In this document: piece after piece, positions 13,381 to 27,302 of the stretch | How positions within the stretch are numbered: the first letter of the stretch is position 1 | Layout of the letters: the number at the start of each line of letters is the position of its first letter | NCBI GenBank assembly: GCA_028023455.1 | Contig: JAQFVV010000007.1 | Coordinates: 4,278,001 to 4,342,000 of the forward strand | Length of the DNA stretch: 64,000 nt | From: Epiperipatus broadwayi | Taxonomy: Eukaryota; Animalia; Onychophora | Direction: 5' to 3' | The notes under the pieces: generated by a model | What the model was told of the DNA's origin: nothing | What the model saw: the letters and a program-made list of their open reading frames with translations, nothing else | Database searches by the model: none | Made by a program: the position numbers and the translations under genes

Positions 13381-14494
13381 CACCTGGGTCTCATTTTACG
13401 CAATAGATAGGTTCCTCAGAAAACACATGCAAACAAAAACACGCAAAAATAGACATAACTTACATTGAAAGAAGGGGGGATGCGGTCTGTAATTTTTCAA
13501 AATTTGCGTAAAAACAAAGCACCAATGTAAAAATACTTTAAAATTCGCGCAAAAAAAAATAAGGAAATAAAATATGACTAATAAATTTCAAATTTGAAAA
13601 AAATAGATACAAGACAAACTTTTTTTAACTATAATATTTAATTTTATTCAAAATAATATATTTTTATGCATAATTTACAGTATAGTAATTTACATTTTTT
13701 ATACACATTTTAATTATTATCACTATTTGCTGAAAAACACATTCGTTTGCAAACTGGTAAAAAAAATCAGATTTTTCACAAGAAGGAATACAACTAGTGC
13801 CAACTTCACACTCATGTTGCATCAATGGTTTTCTGGTGACAACGTACTTAGTAATTAATCTTTGAGATGATGATTTTATTAATTGTTTATGAAACTAACA
13901 ACTAAAAATTAAATTCTTATTTTTGTCTTTAATTTTTTAATTTTCAATTCCATTTAAAAATCAGATTTCACATCACATTAATTTCAAGTCGCCGTAAGTA
14001 ATTTTTAAATTGTTAATTACAATTAAAAATCAGATTTTAATTTTTAATTGTCAAATTTAATTGTGCCCACTGCTATTACTCACCTTTTAAAAATAAACTT
14101 GTGAACACTAAATGATTAATAATTGATTACGTTCTTTTTTAAAAAGCAAAAACAGAATGTGATTTAAAATGCAAAATTAACACACACAATGTTTGAACAA
14201 ATTTGCATTATAATCTTGTAAAATTTAATGTGTGTATACATAAAATGTGTAAATCATGATTTTAATTTCATTATTGCATAAAATCTTACTATTATAAAGC
14301 ATTGAAAATATTCAAATTACTAAGATGAAAGTTGAATTCCAATAATGTGCTAGTAGTTTCAATATAACGTAAGTGTATGAAATTTATTATTTAATGTAAT
14401 AGCGCATTATTAGAGAGTTCGACTTCCAGTGAAACATGAATTGCATAATTTCAAAATCGTGTTAAATAAGTCCACATAAAAAGAGACCCAGGTG
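13381..14494. mobile_element. Tc1/mariner-pogo (Tigger-like) non-autonomous element
   Basis: TIR CACCTGGGTCTCATTTTA and TAAAAAGAGACCCAGGTG, with TA on both flanks (13379-13380 and 14495-14496). Confidence 0.85.
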
Positions 14495-14994
14495 TATCCA
14501 GTCATCAAGAAGAGAAAAGTACTCAGGTTTAAATGAAAGCTTTTTGACAAATCAGATACAGTGGAGTCATGCTAGATTAATCCAGAGAATTGATCAGGGT
14601 ATAAATGGTGGAGTTTGAAGTTCAAAAGAGTTCAATCTATGTGTTATTTAGCTGTTTAGTTGCCAAGTGATTTTAGTGCAGAGTCACTTTTGGAATATTA
14701 TATTTTCAGCCAAACAGCTTATCCCAGTTGAGAAATCTAGCTTTACTAAGTGTGAACCCTACAGTGGTTGGACATTGAAAATAAAAATATTAATATGGAA
14801 AGCATAAGGATGATAGGCTAGTCGGTAATAGCTTTTTCTCTATCTGCAGCCGTGAATCTCCAAGCCATGCCTGGGTGAATATGTGTGGAAAATAAATAAT
14901 GCCATTCAGCTTAAATAAACCACCCCCTTTTTGAAATGCAATAGTGACCTGTAGTGGATGAACACACCGAATGAAAATGAGGGAATGACCTCAT

Positions 14995-15650
14995 AAAGAA
15001 TAAATACTTATATATTTATAATCAAAAAACATCTTTCTTGAAATAAATCATAAATGATTATATTTTTATATGCAAATACATTTTTATTAGGATAAATCAT
15101 AAATGCTTATACATATATACCAAATACATCTGTAAAGAAATAAAGAATAAATACTTATATCTTATCTGCAAAATGTGTCTGTAATGGATTAAATCATAAA
15201 TAATTATTTTTGATATACAAAATACCTCTTTGATGGAATAAATCCTGAATACTCATATTTTAGACACATGCTATGTCTGTGTAAAAATAAATGCCAAATA
15301 CCAGTATGTTTATAACCAAAATGTCTTTAATGAAATAAATCATAAATGATTATCTTTTTATATGCAAAATATGTTTGAATTAAAATAAAGAACAAATACT
15401 TATATCTGATCTGCAAAATACATTTGCATTGAAATAAATCATAAATACTTATATGTTTGTATACAATATATGTTTTTATTGGGATGAATCATAAATACTT
15501 ATATTTTTATATAAAAAAATATATCTGTATTGGAAATAAATCATAAATACTCATACTTTTATATGTAAAATATGTTTTTATTGGGGTAAATCATAAATAC
15601 TTATATATTTTAATATAAAAAATATGTCTGCACTAGTATAAGTCATAGAC
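14995..15650 (+). repeat. Minisatellite, ~50-bp unit, about 13 diverged copies
   Basis: Recurrent GAAATAAATCATAAATACTTATAT....ATGCAAAATA. Confidence 0.85.
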
Positions 15651-16082
15651 ACCACATATATCAATCTGAATGAAATATAAACATTATATAATTAAAATAA
15701 ATATATAAATGATGGAATAATAAATGTTATGTACAAAGTATGGTTACACTGGGAAGGATTAGAAATGCTTAAGAAAATAATACACATCTATAAGAGAAGG
15801 AATTACAAATACTCATCAGTAAAATACAGTTGTACCATGGATCAAGAAATAATATTTGAATCACAACTAAAGAATTAAAGGACACCATGGATAAATACAT
15901 CACCAATGAGGAGTAACTGACCAATGGAGCCTAGGAAAATATGTGCATACCAAAAAATGGATCCCAAAAATGAACTATATCAAAAATGAACTATAAACTT
16001 TATGGGATTATTGATGGAGGACTAATGATTTTAACAAATGTTATGAAATAAATTTATTGTTATATAAAACCAATCCAGTTGT

Positions 16083-16351
16083 TCATGTTGCCCCTGAGCT
16101 ATGTCCTAGACCTAGGTAAGTCAGGTTATAGTGAGTTGGAATGCTAGTGCCACCATTTGTAGAAAACAAACATATAAATTTCTAGGTGTTTCCAGTCTCT
16201 ATGGTGCTACATCCTCGGATGAGCAGGAAATGTTGTAGGTGGGGTGACATCTGTATTGGGGAATGCCAATTGATGGTTCCTTCCTACAATATGCTCATCA
16301 GAAAATACTGACAACTGACATAAAGAGGTTGTGTAAATGTGTCCAGTTACA
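16083..16351 (+). repeat. LTR-end-like dispersed repeat (second copy 33692-33968)
   Basis: About 270-bp colinear match. Both copies end GTCCAGTTACA followed by (TA)n. Confidence 0.75.
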
Positions 16352-16428
16352 ATATATATATATATATATATATGATAAAGAAACCAAGTTATACATTTCG
16401 TAACTTGCTATAGCTTGCATTTTATGTT

Positions 16429-16564
16429 ACTAGATGGAGCTTTACCAATAGCCGATGATCAAGCTTAGTTTACATAAACACTGAGAGATATATTTAACTT
16501 TATTTCTCTCAGTGTTTATGTAAACTAAGCTTGATCGTGGACTATTGGTAAAGCTCCATCTAGT
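16429..16564. repeat. Near-perfect 60-bp-arm hairpin element
   Basis: ACTAGATGGAGCTTTACCAATAG..AAACACTGAGAGA, then a 16-nt loop, then TCTCTCAGTGTTT..CTATTGGTAAAGCTCCATCTAGT. Confidence 0.92.
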
Positions 16565-16596
<32 letters not shown>

Positions 16597-18079
16597 GTTG
16601 GTACATAAAATAATTTTGTCTAAAACTTATTGAAATAAAAAAATATTTCATTAAAAGAAAATAGTATGTAAAAGTTTAAGAGTTTTTATTGCAGTTTGTT
16701 TTTGAAAAACATAAAATTAAAAGTCAAAGAGTTTTTGAAATAAAAGTTACAATTAGCTTTAAAAATGTCAGACTAAAAGTTTTATAAAAGAAGTAAAGAG
16801 TTTTTTTATTATTATTATTAGTTGAAATATAACTTAAAGTTTAAAAATATAAACCTCATTTTTATTTAAGTTAAAGAAAAAAAAGGTCATCTTAAAAACT
16901 AAATAGTGAATTGATCTTATATTATATATGTGCATAAATGATGAATTAATATGAGATTGTTAATAAAATATATACGTGCGATTGTAAATATAATAAAGGT
17001 ATGTGTAGTAAATATTAAAAAAATGATATAGAAAATTTTAATTAAAAAACAGCGATGGCTACTAATTAAAAATATAAAAACAACACATTTGCATGGCTGC
17101 TAATTAACATCTCCAACAACAGAATTAAAAGTTTATCTCAAGGAATGCAATTAACAACAAGGCAGGAATTTCAACAACAGATATTGCTGACAGACATCAA
17201 AATGACAACAGGCCTTAAGTTTAAATAGTCCAGTTTTTCATTAGACAATCAGAAGAGATTACAATTGAGATTGTGCAGTTGAGATTAAATCAGTCAATAA
17301 TGCAGTGTTAAAAAATATCAGAAACATATGACAGTCTCTAGCCTGAGTCCAGTGAAACAGCAAAATCTGCCAGTGAAAATAATGCTTGCATAACAACTTG
17401 AAATCCACCATCAATATTTAACTGTCTCCAAGAATAGTGCCAATTAATAATAATAAAACTCCTAAAGAAAATGACTTAGCCAGCTGGAAATATTTGTACT
17501 AGAAGCAGCAACCAGGAAGAAAACAAAGTTCTAGATCCATGTTCAAAATCCTAGGTAATAACATTTTTTTATTCTCATTTATAAAGTAGCTATTGCATTA
17601 GTTGAAGCACAGAGAGTCAAGAAATATGAACCCTATAGCACACATAGATGAACTAATTATTAATGTGTGATTTAAATATGAAATATTATTTTATGCTTTG
17701 TTATATGATATTATAGTGTGTGAATTAAAAATGTGCAGGATTACTATACCAGTGTTATGTTAGTTAAATAAGATTTATAAAAGTATTTAGAATTAGTATA
17801 ATAAATGTTAATTAAAATAAATTGTTTTTCAAACTTAAAGCTTTATTTTGTCAGTCCATTTTTTTGCCACTAGTTAAGGAATAAGTTGTTATTGAATTAA
17901 AAATAGACTGAGCTAGTTAAGGGATTTTTGAAGTGCTGGATTATGGGCCTACTGTACAAACATGTTGGTTTTAGATAACTAGCTGGCACCTGGGGTTTAC
18001 TCTGAAACAAATAAAGTGTTTGGATAATAGGGGTTTGAATCTAGCAGTCAAGGTAGGCCACATTCTCAAAATCTGATTA

Positions 18080-19047
18080 TGTTATGCATTGAATAGCTCA
18101 GTCTGATCATGGGTATTGTTGACAGCTCTGCTATCAATAATATTCTCCACTCTGCTCGAACATGCTGGTTTGTTCACATTATATTTATAATATAAAATTA
18201 TAAATTTATTTTAAATAAGGTTTAAACCCAGCTAAACCTAGCGAGTAGAGTATGAAAGATCATCATATAGATCCAACACAGTACAATGGCACCCAACGTG
18301 GGGCAAACTTGTCATAAATGACAGTTAACTAAATGTTTTGTTACTGTTTGAAAATAAAAATTTTAAAGAAATGCTAAATTACATATTTTAAAATGGTTTA
18401 ATTTTAAAAAAAGAATTGACTGAAATGTTTTTTCTTTAAATGAAAAGAGATTTTTGACATATATGCTATTTAACATAAATCATTCTGTTAAATCAGAGAT
18501 GGTTAGGTGTTTTGGGTGGAGTCAAGGCATTAAGAACAGGTAGAGAAAAAGGACAAGAGGCTGCAGTCAGTCGTATGTTCTGTTTAAAAAAATAAACAAT
18601 AGTATTTAAATTTAGTTTAACGTAAGTGCTAATTTAATAGAAAAAAAAGGAATTGAAATTTTTGAAAATGGAGCCAAAAGAAAGCCCAATATATTTTTAA
18701 AATCCCCAGTTGGCAGAGAAAGAGAAAGAAGAAATATCTGAGACAGATGATGGTGAAAATGATGATGAATATGATGTAAGAATTTAGGCAAAGTCAACAA
18801 GAACTGAAAGAAGAAATGCATCAGGAATTCAGACAAAGTCAGCAAGAGTTCAAAGCAGAAATGCATAGCTCGGTCCAATCATGGGCATTGTTGACCGCTC
18901 TGCTATCAATAATATTCTCCACTCTGTTTGAATATGCCGGTTCGTTCATATCATATTTATAATATAAGATTATAAATAAGGTTTAAACCCAGCTAAACCT
19001 AGCAAGTAGAGTATGAAGGATTGTCATACAGATCGAACACGGTACAA
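18080..19047 (+). mobile_element. Miniature, internally deleted LTR retroelement (Gypsy-derived, TRIM-like)
   Basis: Direct repeats 18093-18286 and 18865-19047. The first starts TGTTATG and ends GTACA(A), immediately followed by a PBS. The internal remnant encodes a coiled-coil EFRQSQQELKEEMHQEFRQSQQEFKAEMH. Confidence 0.8.
18287..18304 (+). promoter_or_regulatory. Primer-binding site complementary to tRNA-Lys(CTT) 3' end
   Basis: TGGCACCCAACGTGGGGC is a 17/18 match to the canonical TGGCGCCCAACGTGGGGC; the single mismatch is a CpG-type change. Confidence 0.9.
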
Positions 19048-19049
19048 TA

Positions 19050-20085
19050 TATATATATATATAACTAAATTATACTGTTGTTATAGAAAATTAAAAAAAA
19101 TAGATCTATAGAGTTAGTACTACTACTAAATATTTCATAAAAGAAATGTATTTTGAAAATTTTTATTAATAAACTGCTAATCATGTAATGCAAAGGCAAA
19201 AAAGAGAAATTATTTTGCTTAGGTTTTTATTGCATGCAAATAAATTGCAAAATTCAGGGAAATTTAATCTTATTTTGTGGCTGTTAAGATTTGTTTTCAG
19301 GAATACAGGTTTAAAAAAATAATTTGCCTTTTTTAAAAGTAAATCAAATGGCAAAACTGAATTTGCTATTTAAAATTATAAAGTAGTAAAATTGAGAAAG
19401 TTAGAGGAGGAATTTCAATGTTTGGTTTTTGTTTTTTTTTCATTTCTCTTTCTCATTAGCCTAAATAAAAATTATTTTATAATTACTTATACAATAATTA
19501 TTTAAATGTAAACAAAAAATATTTTGTAAAAATATATTGAATCTAATAGTTGCATCCAAATAAAGTTTTTAATAAACAGCCTGATATAAATGAATACAAT
19601 GTTAATTACATATTAGGAATTAGAAACAGATGAGAACATGAGATATAAATAGTTCTGAAAAGAAAAAAACAACAGTAATCTAATCTTGAATTGAGAAGAA
19701 AGCAATGCAGATTTATTCAGTGAAGAGAGGAGAAAATCCAAAGAAGTAGCTGTTTTTACTGTTTCAAAATATTTTTCACTACCTATATACCTCAGCAATT
19801 GTAACAACATTAGTTAGCAAAGAACTATTTGCCATGAGTCACTAGAAAACCAAAAGTACTTTGGTCAAAAGACCTGAAATTATGGAATTGCATCAAGACA
19901 AATGTTGAACTTACATAGAATGCATCGCTACCTGCTTTAAAGAAGGAAATCATTATAATAAAAGAAGTGGACTCTTCCAACATATATCTTCCTCTAGTGG
20001 GACTCATCTTTATGGTTTATCATCACTGATACCCAAAGAAGATGATTGCAATCAGGAGTTGATTGATAAAAATTATTCTTAATGA

Positions 20086-20147
<62 letters not shown>

Positions 20148-23100
20148 AAAACAGAGATTAAATATGTTAAATGAAATTAATTAAACTGAGTATATGTTCA
20201 ATGTGTACATATCATAATCATAGTTATTATGTTGAAACTCTAAGAGATCCATTTTTTGCTGATTTGGATGCTGTTAGAACTTTGATTTATTATATATTTA
20301 TTTTGTGAGATGAATCATGCCTTTTTTAGTTTACATTTTCTAACATTTCTTTTCTTGCATATTATCTTAATAATACTAAGATCAAAGTTGTGTCCATATT
20401 TGCTGTGGCATGAGAATTAATATAATTATATTATCAAACAATTAAGAAAACAAATAATAAAAAAGATTATGAAAATCATTAAAATAAAATAAAATGTAGT
20501 GTTTGCAGCATATAACAAATATAGAGAAAAAACCATTGTTTTTTTGTTTTTTTTTTGCAAAGTAGATAACTAGGTACAATAAGTCAGAAAGAGAAGTAGA
20601 CATAAAATTTTACAATAAATTTGAATTTTTAGCTTGCAAACAAAAAAGTCCAAATTTTTGATTAGACAAAGGTTTTATTAATTATTCAAACTTTAGAGTA
20701 CCATTTAAGCATGCTTTAACTTTTAATTCTGAATCAAGATATGTGAGAGGAGAAGGGTTAGATCCTTTATTGGAAATGGTAGCACAATTAGTAACAGCAT
20801 ATATAAAAATGAAAAAAAGATAAACAAATTATTCAACAAAATGAATTCAAAAAGAATAAAGAGCATGAAGACACTTAAAATTTGTAAGTTTTGGATAAAA
20901 ACAAAATAATTTGTATGAAAGAAAATAAAGAATATTGGTTTGTGTTACTAAATAACAACACACACAAAGATAAAATGCTTATACTAATTGTTGCTTAAGC
21001 AATATTATTTTCTAACATTAAACTGCAGAAAGAACATTACCATATAAGACTAATGATCAACTTCAATGGTGCTTATTATTATGAAGACTCCAAATGTGTG
21101 ATGCAGATGTTAAAAGAAGAATTGGGTTTTGGCCAACTCACAATCAAATCATCATTTAAATTTTTTAATATCAAAAATGCATATATCTCCAATGAATATA
21201 AAATGGCTTCTTTTGATTTTGTCAAACTGTATGGATCAGTAAACAGAAAGAAATCAATTAAAATTATTAATACATTATTAACTACCAAGAAAATAAATCC
21301 ATACAAGGGAGAATGTAATATTGATTTTGTAACCTGGATTGTCAGATATATTTTAGCAATATATGAGCAATATATATAAAATGACAGATTCATGGTAAAT
21401 AGGTTTATTTATCAGTGCAGTGAGACATAGTGTAGCTTTGGCCATCAAAAAAGTTAACATAATCTCCCATATGTTAAACACATATGGGAACTACATTTAT
21501 ATACAATACACAGATGATGATTTCATATGTATGCCATAGGATATTATCAATGACATGTTTAATGAATTGATCATAAAATCAGGCTTAAGTTGGGTATAGA
21601 ACCAGAAAAAGACAATGAAACCTATCTTGATTTGAAAATAAAGCAGAACCACATCTCATTGTATTACAAAATGACCATTAAACCTCCAGCATTAGAGGAT
21701 GCATCAATGTAAAATTCCAGATGATTATATGATATAAATTCGTGGTTTAAAAATATTCTTACATTGTAATAACTACTTATGTCAGTTCAAGTCAGGTTAC
21801 AACATAATGGATATATTTAAATACATAGGACAATTTAAAATAAATATTTTAAACAGAACTGAGAATATAAGAAATTACAAAATTTGGGTTGCACTATAAT
21901 AATTATCATACCTTTGAAATAAAATTGTAAAGATTAGCACAATAAATTTAGCATGAGATTTAGAATGTTTATCTATTTAAATAGACTAATTTATAATACA
22001 AAGGACAAAATGCACAAATTAGATTGAGCTTATGTTATGTTTATTGTAAAAGAAGCCAAATAGACTGTTTTTAACCCACTATGGGGAAACAAAAGCTAAT
22101 CTGAAAATAAGATTAACACAACACATCTTGATGTACAAAAAAGCAAAGACTGATTCAACTAATACATCAGTACTTTACAATCTTGAAAAATAATATGATA
22201 CAGTTTTGATCCTAATATTATTAAAATAATGTGTAAGAAAAGAAACAATAGAAAATGTAAAATTAAAGAGGCATGGTTCATTGCACAAAAAGAATATGCA
22301 ATGAATCAAATATCTAATTGTATTCAAATTAGCAAAAATGGGTCTCTTCGATTTTCAACAGAATAACGATGATTATGATGAGCTCATGTCGAAAATATAT
22401 TTGGCTGACTTCATTTAACATATTTAATCTCTGTTTTGGAATTTAATATTGTTGTTAATAATGGCAGAGTATCATTCTCTACAAAAACTATGATTTAAAA
22501 CATTTTATTAGCTGTTATTAAAACAGGCAAAACTCTCCATATAGTAGTGCCTCTCAGTGCAAGCATAGGAAATGGTGATCATGTGATACTATATTAGCTG
22601 GTAAAAGCTTTATTTATATTTAACTAAAAGGTCTTAAGTATAATGTTTACATTTATTTATTCAATATTTTTTTTTTTGTTTAATTTATTTATTTATTTAT
22701 TGACTTTATATTGTGGTAATTGCAAATATATATTTTATATATTTAGTATAAATAAGTTTTTTGTTTTATTAAACCAATTTGATTTGTTTCTGCCTTTTGA
22801 ACAAGCATTCCAAACACATCACATTAATATCCACTAACTGGAAAAATCCACTGAGGGACTTTCAGGGATAGTGATAGTAATTTTAAATAATAATAATTAG
22901 CAGTATTAAAATAACCCAGAAGGAATATTTCTATTTAAAAAGTGTGGCACTTAAAGACTAATTTTAAATTGAATCTAGAAAAATAAATTATAAATTTCTT
23001 TGGAATTTATTTAGTTTAACCTTCAATACTAGGGTCTTTTGATCAATACATTGACAGCGTTAGTTATTATACATTTTATCAATTATTTTATTTGAACTCA

Positions 23101-23170
23101 ATATATTTTTGTTTAAATTTATATACTAACCATTTGCCTTTATATATTTGTCTAATTTCCAAACCATTAT
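19050..23170 (+). repeat. Long diverged direct repeat, copy 1 (interrupted by the Penelope element); copy 2 is about 26165-27900
   Basis: Colinear blocks 19050-20090 with 26165-27235, and 22475-23170 with 27300-27900. Both copies have (TA)n at the same internal position. Confidence 0.8.
20146..22472 (+). mobile_element. Penelope-like element (RT + GIY-YIG), decayed, with an inverted 3'-end copy at its 5' side
   Basis: RT motifs SFDFVKLYGSV (ORF 21053-21379), YIQYTDD and EKDNETYLDLKI. GIY-YIG motifs YGETKANLKIRLTQH and KIKEAWFI..MN. 20146-~20400 is an inverted copy of ~22190-22439. Confidence 0.85.
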
Positions 23171-23799
23171 ATTAATAAGTGGCTTAAACAACCTCCCACT
23201 TCTGTTCAGTCTCACACCTGTAAAGTTATATACTGTACCAAATATTAGAGCATAAATAAATTGAGTATATAATGGAAAATAATATTATAAGTGGCATGCA
23301 ATCTGTGTTCTAAATTGACTTTAAAATGAAAAATATGGTAGCATTTGTAAAATATATATAATGACATTTTAATATGGGAATAGTTTGAATCCAATTAGGC
23401 AGAGGAAAGTTTGATGATATTTAGGTAAAAAATAATTAAGTCAGGTATATCACGATATACTAGAGGGAATTGAATGGAGAAAAAAGGGTTGAGACTGATG
23501 TGTTTATTTAATAATTAGATATAAATAAAAATATTTAAATTTGTAGCAAATCTAAGAAAGAGGATGGGTAAAATAGTAACAAAGTTAATTAACTGAGTAG
23601 TGACATACAGATTATAACACATTCAATAGCTAGAAAAATAAAAGCACAGTTAAATGTGAATCAATTGGCAATATAAGAGCTGCTACAACCAATGGAGTCA
23701 GAGCTTAAACAATAAGAACTGATTTAGACAATCCAAAAGTTGTCAGAAGAGATCCAGCACAGGTATTATTGAAATGATGTATGCATTGATAAAAAAAAT

Positions 23800-24800
23800 T
23801 ACAAGATGTTTATGATAGAATAAAAGGAAATGCAACAGAAAAATCAAGAAATTCTGGGAAAAGAATTGAATGAAATGAAAAAAAAAGAACAGATATTGAA
23901 TTTGAAGAAAAGTAATAAAAAAGAGATGTCAAATTTGAAGAAAAGCAATAAAAAAAAGATTGAGAATTTAAAGAAATGAAAGAAAAATTTAAAGAGATAT
24001 AATAAAAAGTAAAAGAAAAGTTTGAGCTGGTTAAAACGATTATAATCAGCTTGAGAATGGAATAGCATATCAAATGCAAGGCCAAATACAACAAAAAATA
24101 GATGTGGCTGGAAAAAAATTTATATCCTGATTTAGAAGAAATGGCCCAAAATTCTATTGAATCTAGTAAAAATAAATTACAGGAAAGGTTGCAAGGTATA
24201 GTAGAAAAAATAGAAAAATTGGAAGTGAGAAAAATGAAGAGAGAGGATGATGATCAAATTCAAAATTCACACGTAGAAATTCAATAGAAGATGCAAAAAA
24301 TTCAGAAAGAAGTAGTAGGCATCATAAATAACATACTCAATTTTGCTAAGATGAAAGAAGGTATATTAAACTGGTTTGTGGAATGGAAAAAAGAATTTAG
24401 GAAAAACCAAAAAAAAAAGCTTTCAGAATACAACAGTGGCAGGATATAATGGAAATTATGAAGCATTTATTGTATTAATTAACCCCTCAAAATTCATATG
24501 TTTAGAGGAAGTAAGATCAAACTCCCATAGAACTCCTCAGCAATCTGAAAAATTACTTTCAATTAAACCATTTAAGGGGAAGAGAATAAATGGTTATTGT
24601 CTATTGTCATTTTCAATGACCTGCTAAAGAGTGGTGAAATTAATTTATAAAGAAATCTAACCTCCTATTCTGGATATAGAGAGCAAATTTTTTAAAATAT
24701 TTTGGTCAGAAGAGCTCCAAGAAGGAACAAGGTGTCAAATTATAAAAGAAAAGGGTGCCAAGTCGGTGAAAATTATACTCAACTCTTTTAAAATTAAAAA
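23800..24800 (+). pseudogene. gag: Decayed Gypsy-type gag (coiled-coil plus FxxxFWSxxxQ capsid-like motif)
   Basis: K/E-rich coiled-coil translations (ORF 24102-24287) followed by SKFFKIFWSEELQ. Many stops. Confidence 0.45.
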
Positions 24801-26164
24801 CAAAATGAGGAATATTAAGCATCTTTTGGAGGTAATAATATAAAAGATAATCAAAGATCCAGACTTTATAAACAGAGGCAAAAGAAAAGAAGCAGCACTG
24901 GTAACATAGAACATTAAAAGTTCATCAGTGTAGAAGTTATCCAAGCCTAAAACAAACAGACATTCTGAAAAGATTACCAGAAAGTTCACATATCCAAAAA
25001 CTAGTACTGAAATAAAAAAGAAAGGAGTAGATCTAAAAAATAAAATGGGATTTAAACTAGTGTGAAGAAATTAGCAGTGACCCTGAAGATGACACAACAT
25101 AACTCAAATTCACACATTATCTATGACTTTATGTAAGATTGACCTAAATGGATAGAATAAAGGATAGCCTTTTCACTGACAACTTAGATCTAATTAAAGA
25201 ATAAACAATATAAAGAGAAGAAAAATTATTAAATTTTAAAATTTCAAATGAATACTAAATAATACTGAAAGTGACTTATAAATTGATAATATTGATAAAA
25301 TATATAATATAGATAAGTATAAAGCATATATTCAGAGAATATTCTGCAGGGATGAGAAATTTACTGTCAAAGTTATATAGATGTAGTGGCAACTTCTAGT
25401 AATGGATGAATATTTGGTCATGTATATGAGACACTATGTTGTCATGACACTTTTTTGAATGTATGCATCTCAAGTGATGCCACAACACTTTTTGTTCAAG
25501 TAGCCTACACATTTCCATATAAAGTTCAGAAAAAGTAAAATGTGATCCAATATTCATTGGATTTATCAGCCTCTAAATATGAAAAGGAACAGGCTTAACT
25601 TTCAAATGTTGTATTTATCAATCTGTAAGATTCACAAAGAAGCAAAGTTTTATATATTTTATTATTTGTATCTTGTTGATAGACGAATAGTATTAAAACT
25701 AAGATAATTAACCTAGAGTTGATGTTTCATTGTACATCATAATGTCCTGTGGTTGAATTGTTTTTATACTTTAGGATTGTGAGATCCTATTCATTCTTTT
25801 GGTAGTTTAAGCTAATTAAATCTCTGAACAGTGAATTCATGGTAAAATGTGTTCTCTTTGTTTATATATTGTTATATTGGTAGAATAATATTTATGAAAC
25901 TATCTAAATTGTAATAATAGTTATAGAAATAAACTAAAGTTAAATTTTGTAATAGGCATAGAAATAAGAAATGAAAAGTTACCCTGTTTTATTATCTCAT
26001 TTTTAAAGGGAGAAGAATTGTAACAGAACTAATTCAATTGCAGCTCAAATTTAGTTGTGTGGCAAAGCTGCATAGTTAAGAAGGCTTAATAGAATACTCT
26101 GATGGATTGGGTTAGTAAATTTTTTATATTGTCGTATATATATGCACATATTAAATATATATGC

Positions 26165-27226
26165 AAAACTAAATTATACCATTATAAGATATTAAAACAA
26201 AATAGATCTAGAGAGTTAATACTGCGATTAAATATTCATTAAAAGAAATATACTTTGTAAAATTATAATTAAAAAGTGATAATCAATATAATGTAAAGGT
26301 AAGAGAGATAATTTAATTTATTAGATTTTTATTCCATGCAAATGAATTGTACAATTCAGAGAATTATATTGTATTTTGTGACCATTTATATTTGCCTTCT
26401 GGAATATAAGTTTAAAGAAATAATTTGTCTTTTTATTGTAGTAAATTGAATGGCAAAACTGAATTTGTTATTAAAAATTATAAAGTAGTATCATTGAGAA
26501 AGTTAAAAAATAAATTTCAATGTTCAGTCATAATTTTATTTTATTTCTCTTTCTCTCTTGTCTAAATAAAAACTATTATAAAATAATTGTCTGAATGTAA
26601 ACTAAAAAAAAACATGTTTTGTAAAAATATATCGAATCTAATAATTAGGTCTGGCTAAAGATGTTTTTTTAAATGTCCTGATATAAATTAATGCAGTTAA
26701 CTACATGTTCTGTGTTAAAAGCCATGTAACAACATGAGATATAAGTAGATTTGGAAAGAAAAAACAACAGTATAGTCCTGAATCAAGAATAAAGCAGTGA
26801 AAATTGATTAAGTGAAGAGAGGAAAAAATGCTAATAGAAAAATAGCTATTGGTTTTCCTCAGAATAACTTTGGATAGCTATTCTTGCTAATTGCTTCAAA
26901 GTAATTTTAATACTTCATCCACATTAACAATTATGATGACATTAACTAGCAATGGACTGTGTACCAGGAATGACTAGAAAACTGAATGTGCACTTATCAT
27001 AAGACATGAAACTAGGCAGTTGTATCCAGACAAATGTTGTACTTGCATAGAATGCAATGTTGCCCACTTTAAAAAAAGAAAACTATGCTGTAAGGAAAGA
27101 ATTGTACTCTGCTATAAGACCTACTGTATATCTTTTTCTAATGGAATCTTTATTATCTACCATCACTGATATCTGAAGAGAATGATTGCAGTGGACTGGA
27201 TTGATAAAAACTATCATGAAAGTTGC

Positions 27227-27302
<76 letters not shown>

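Noticed and set aside
18612-18878. His-rich ORF on the minus strand
   Set aside because: Antisense reading of the acidic (GAT-rich) gag stub.
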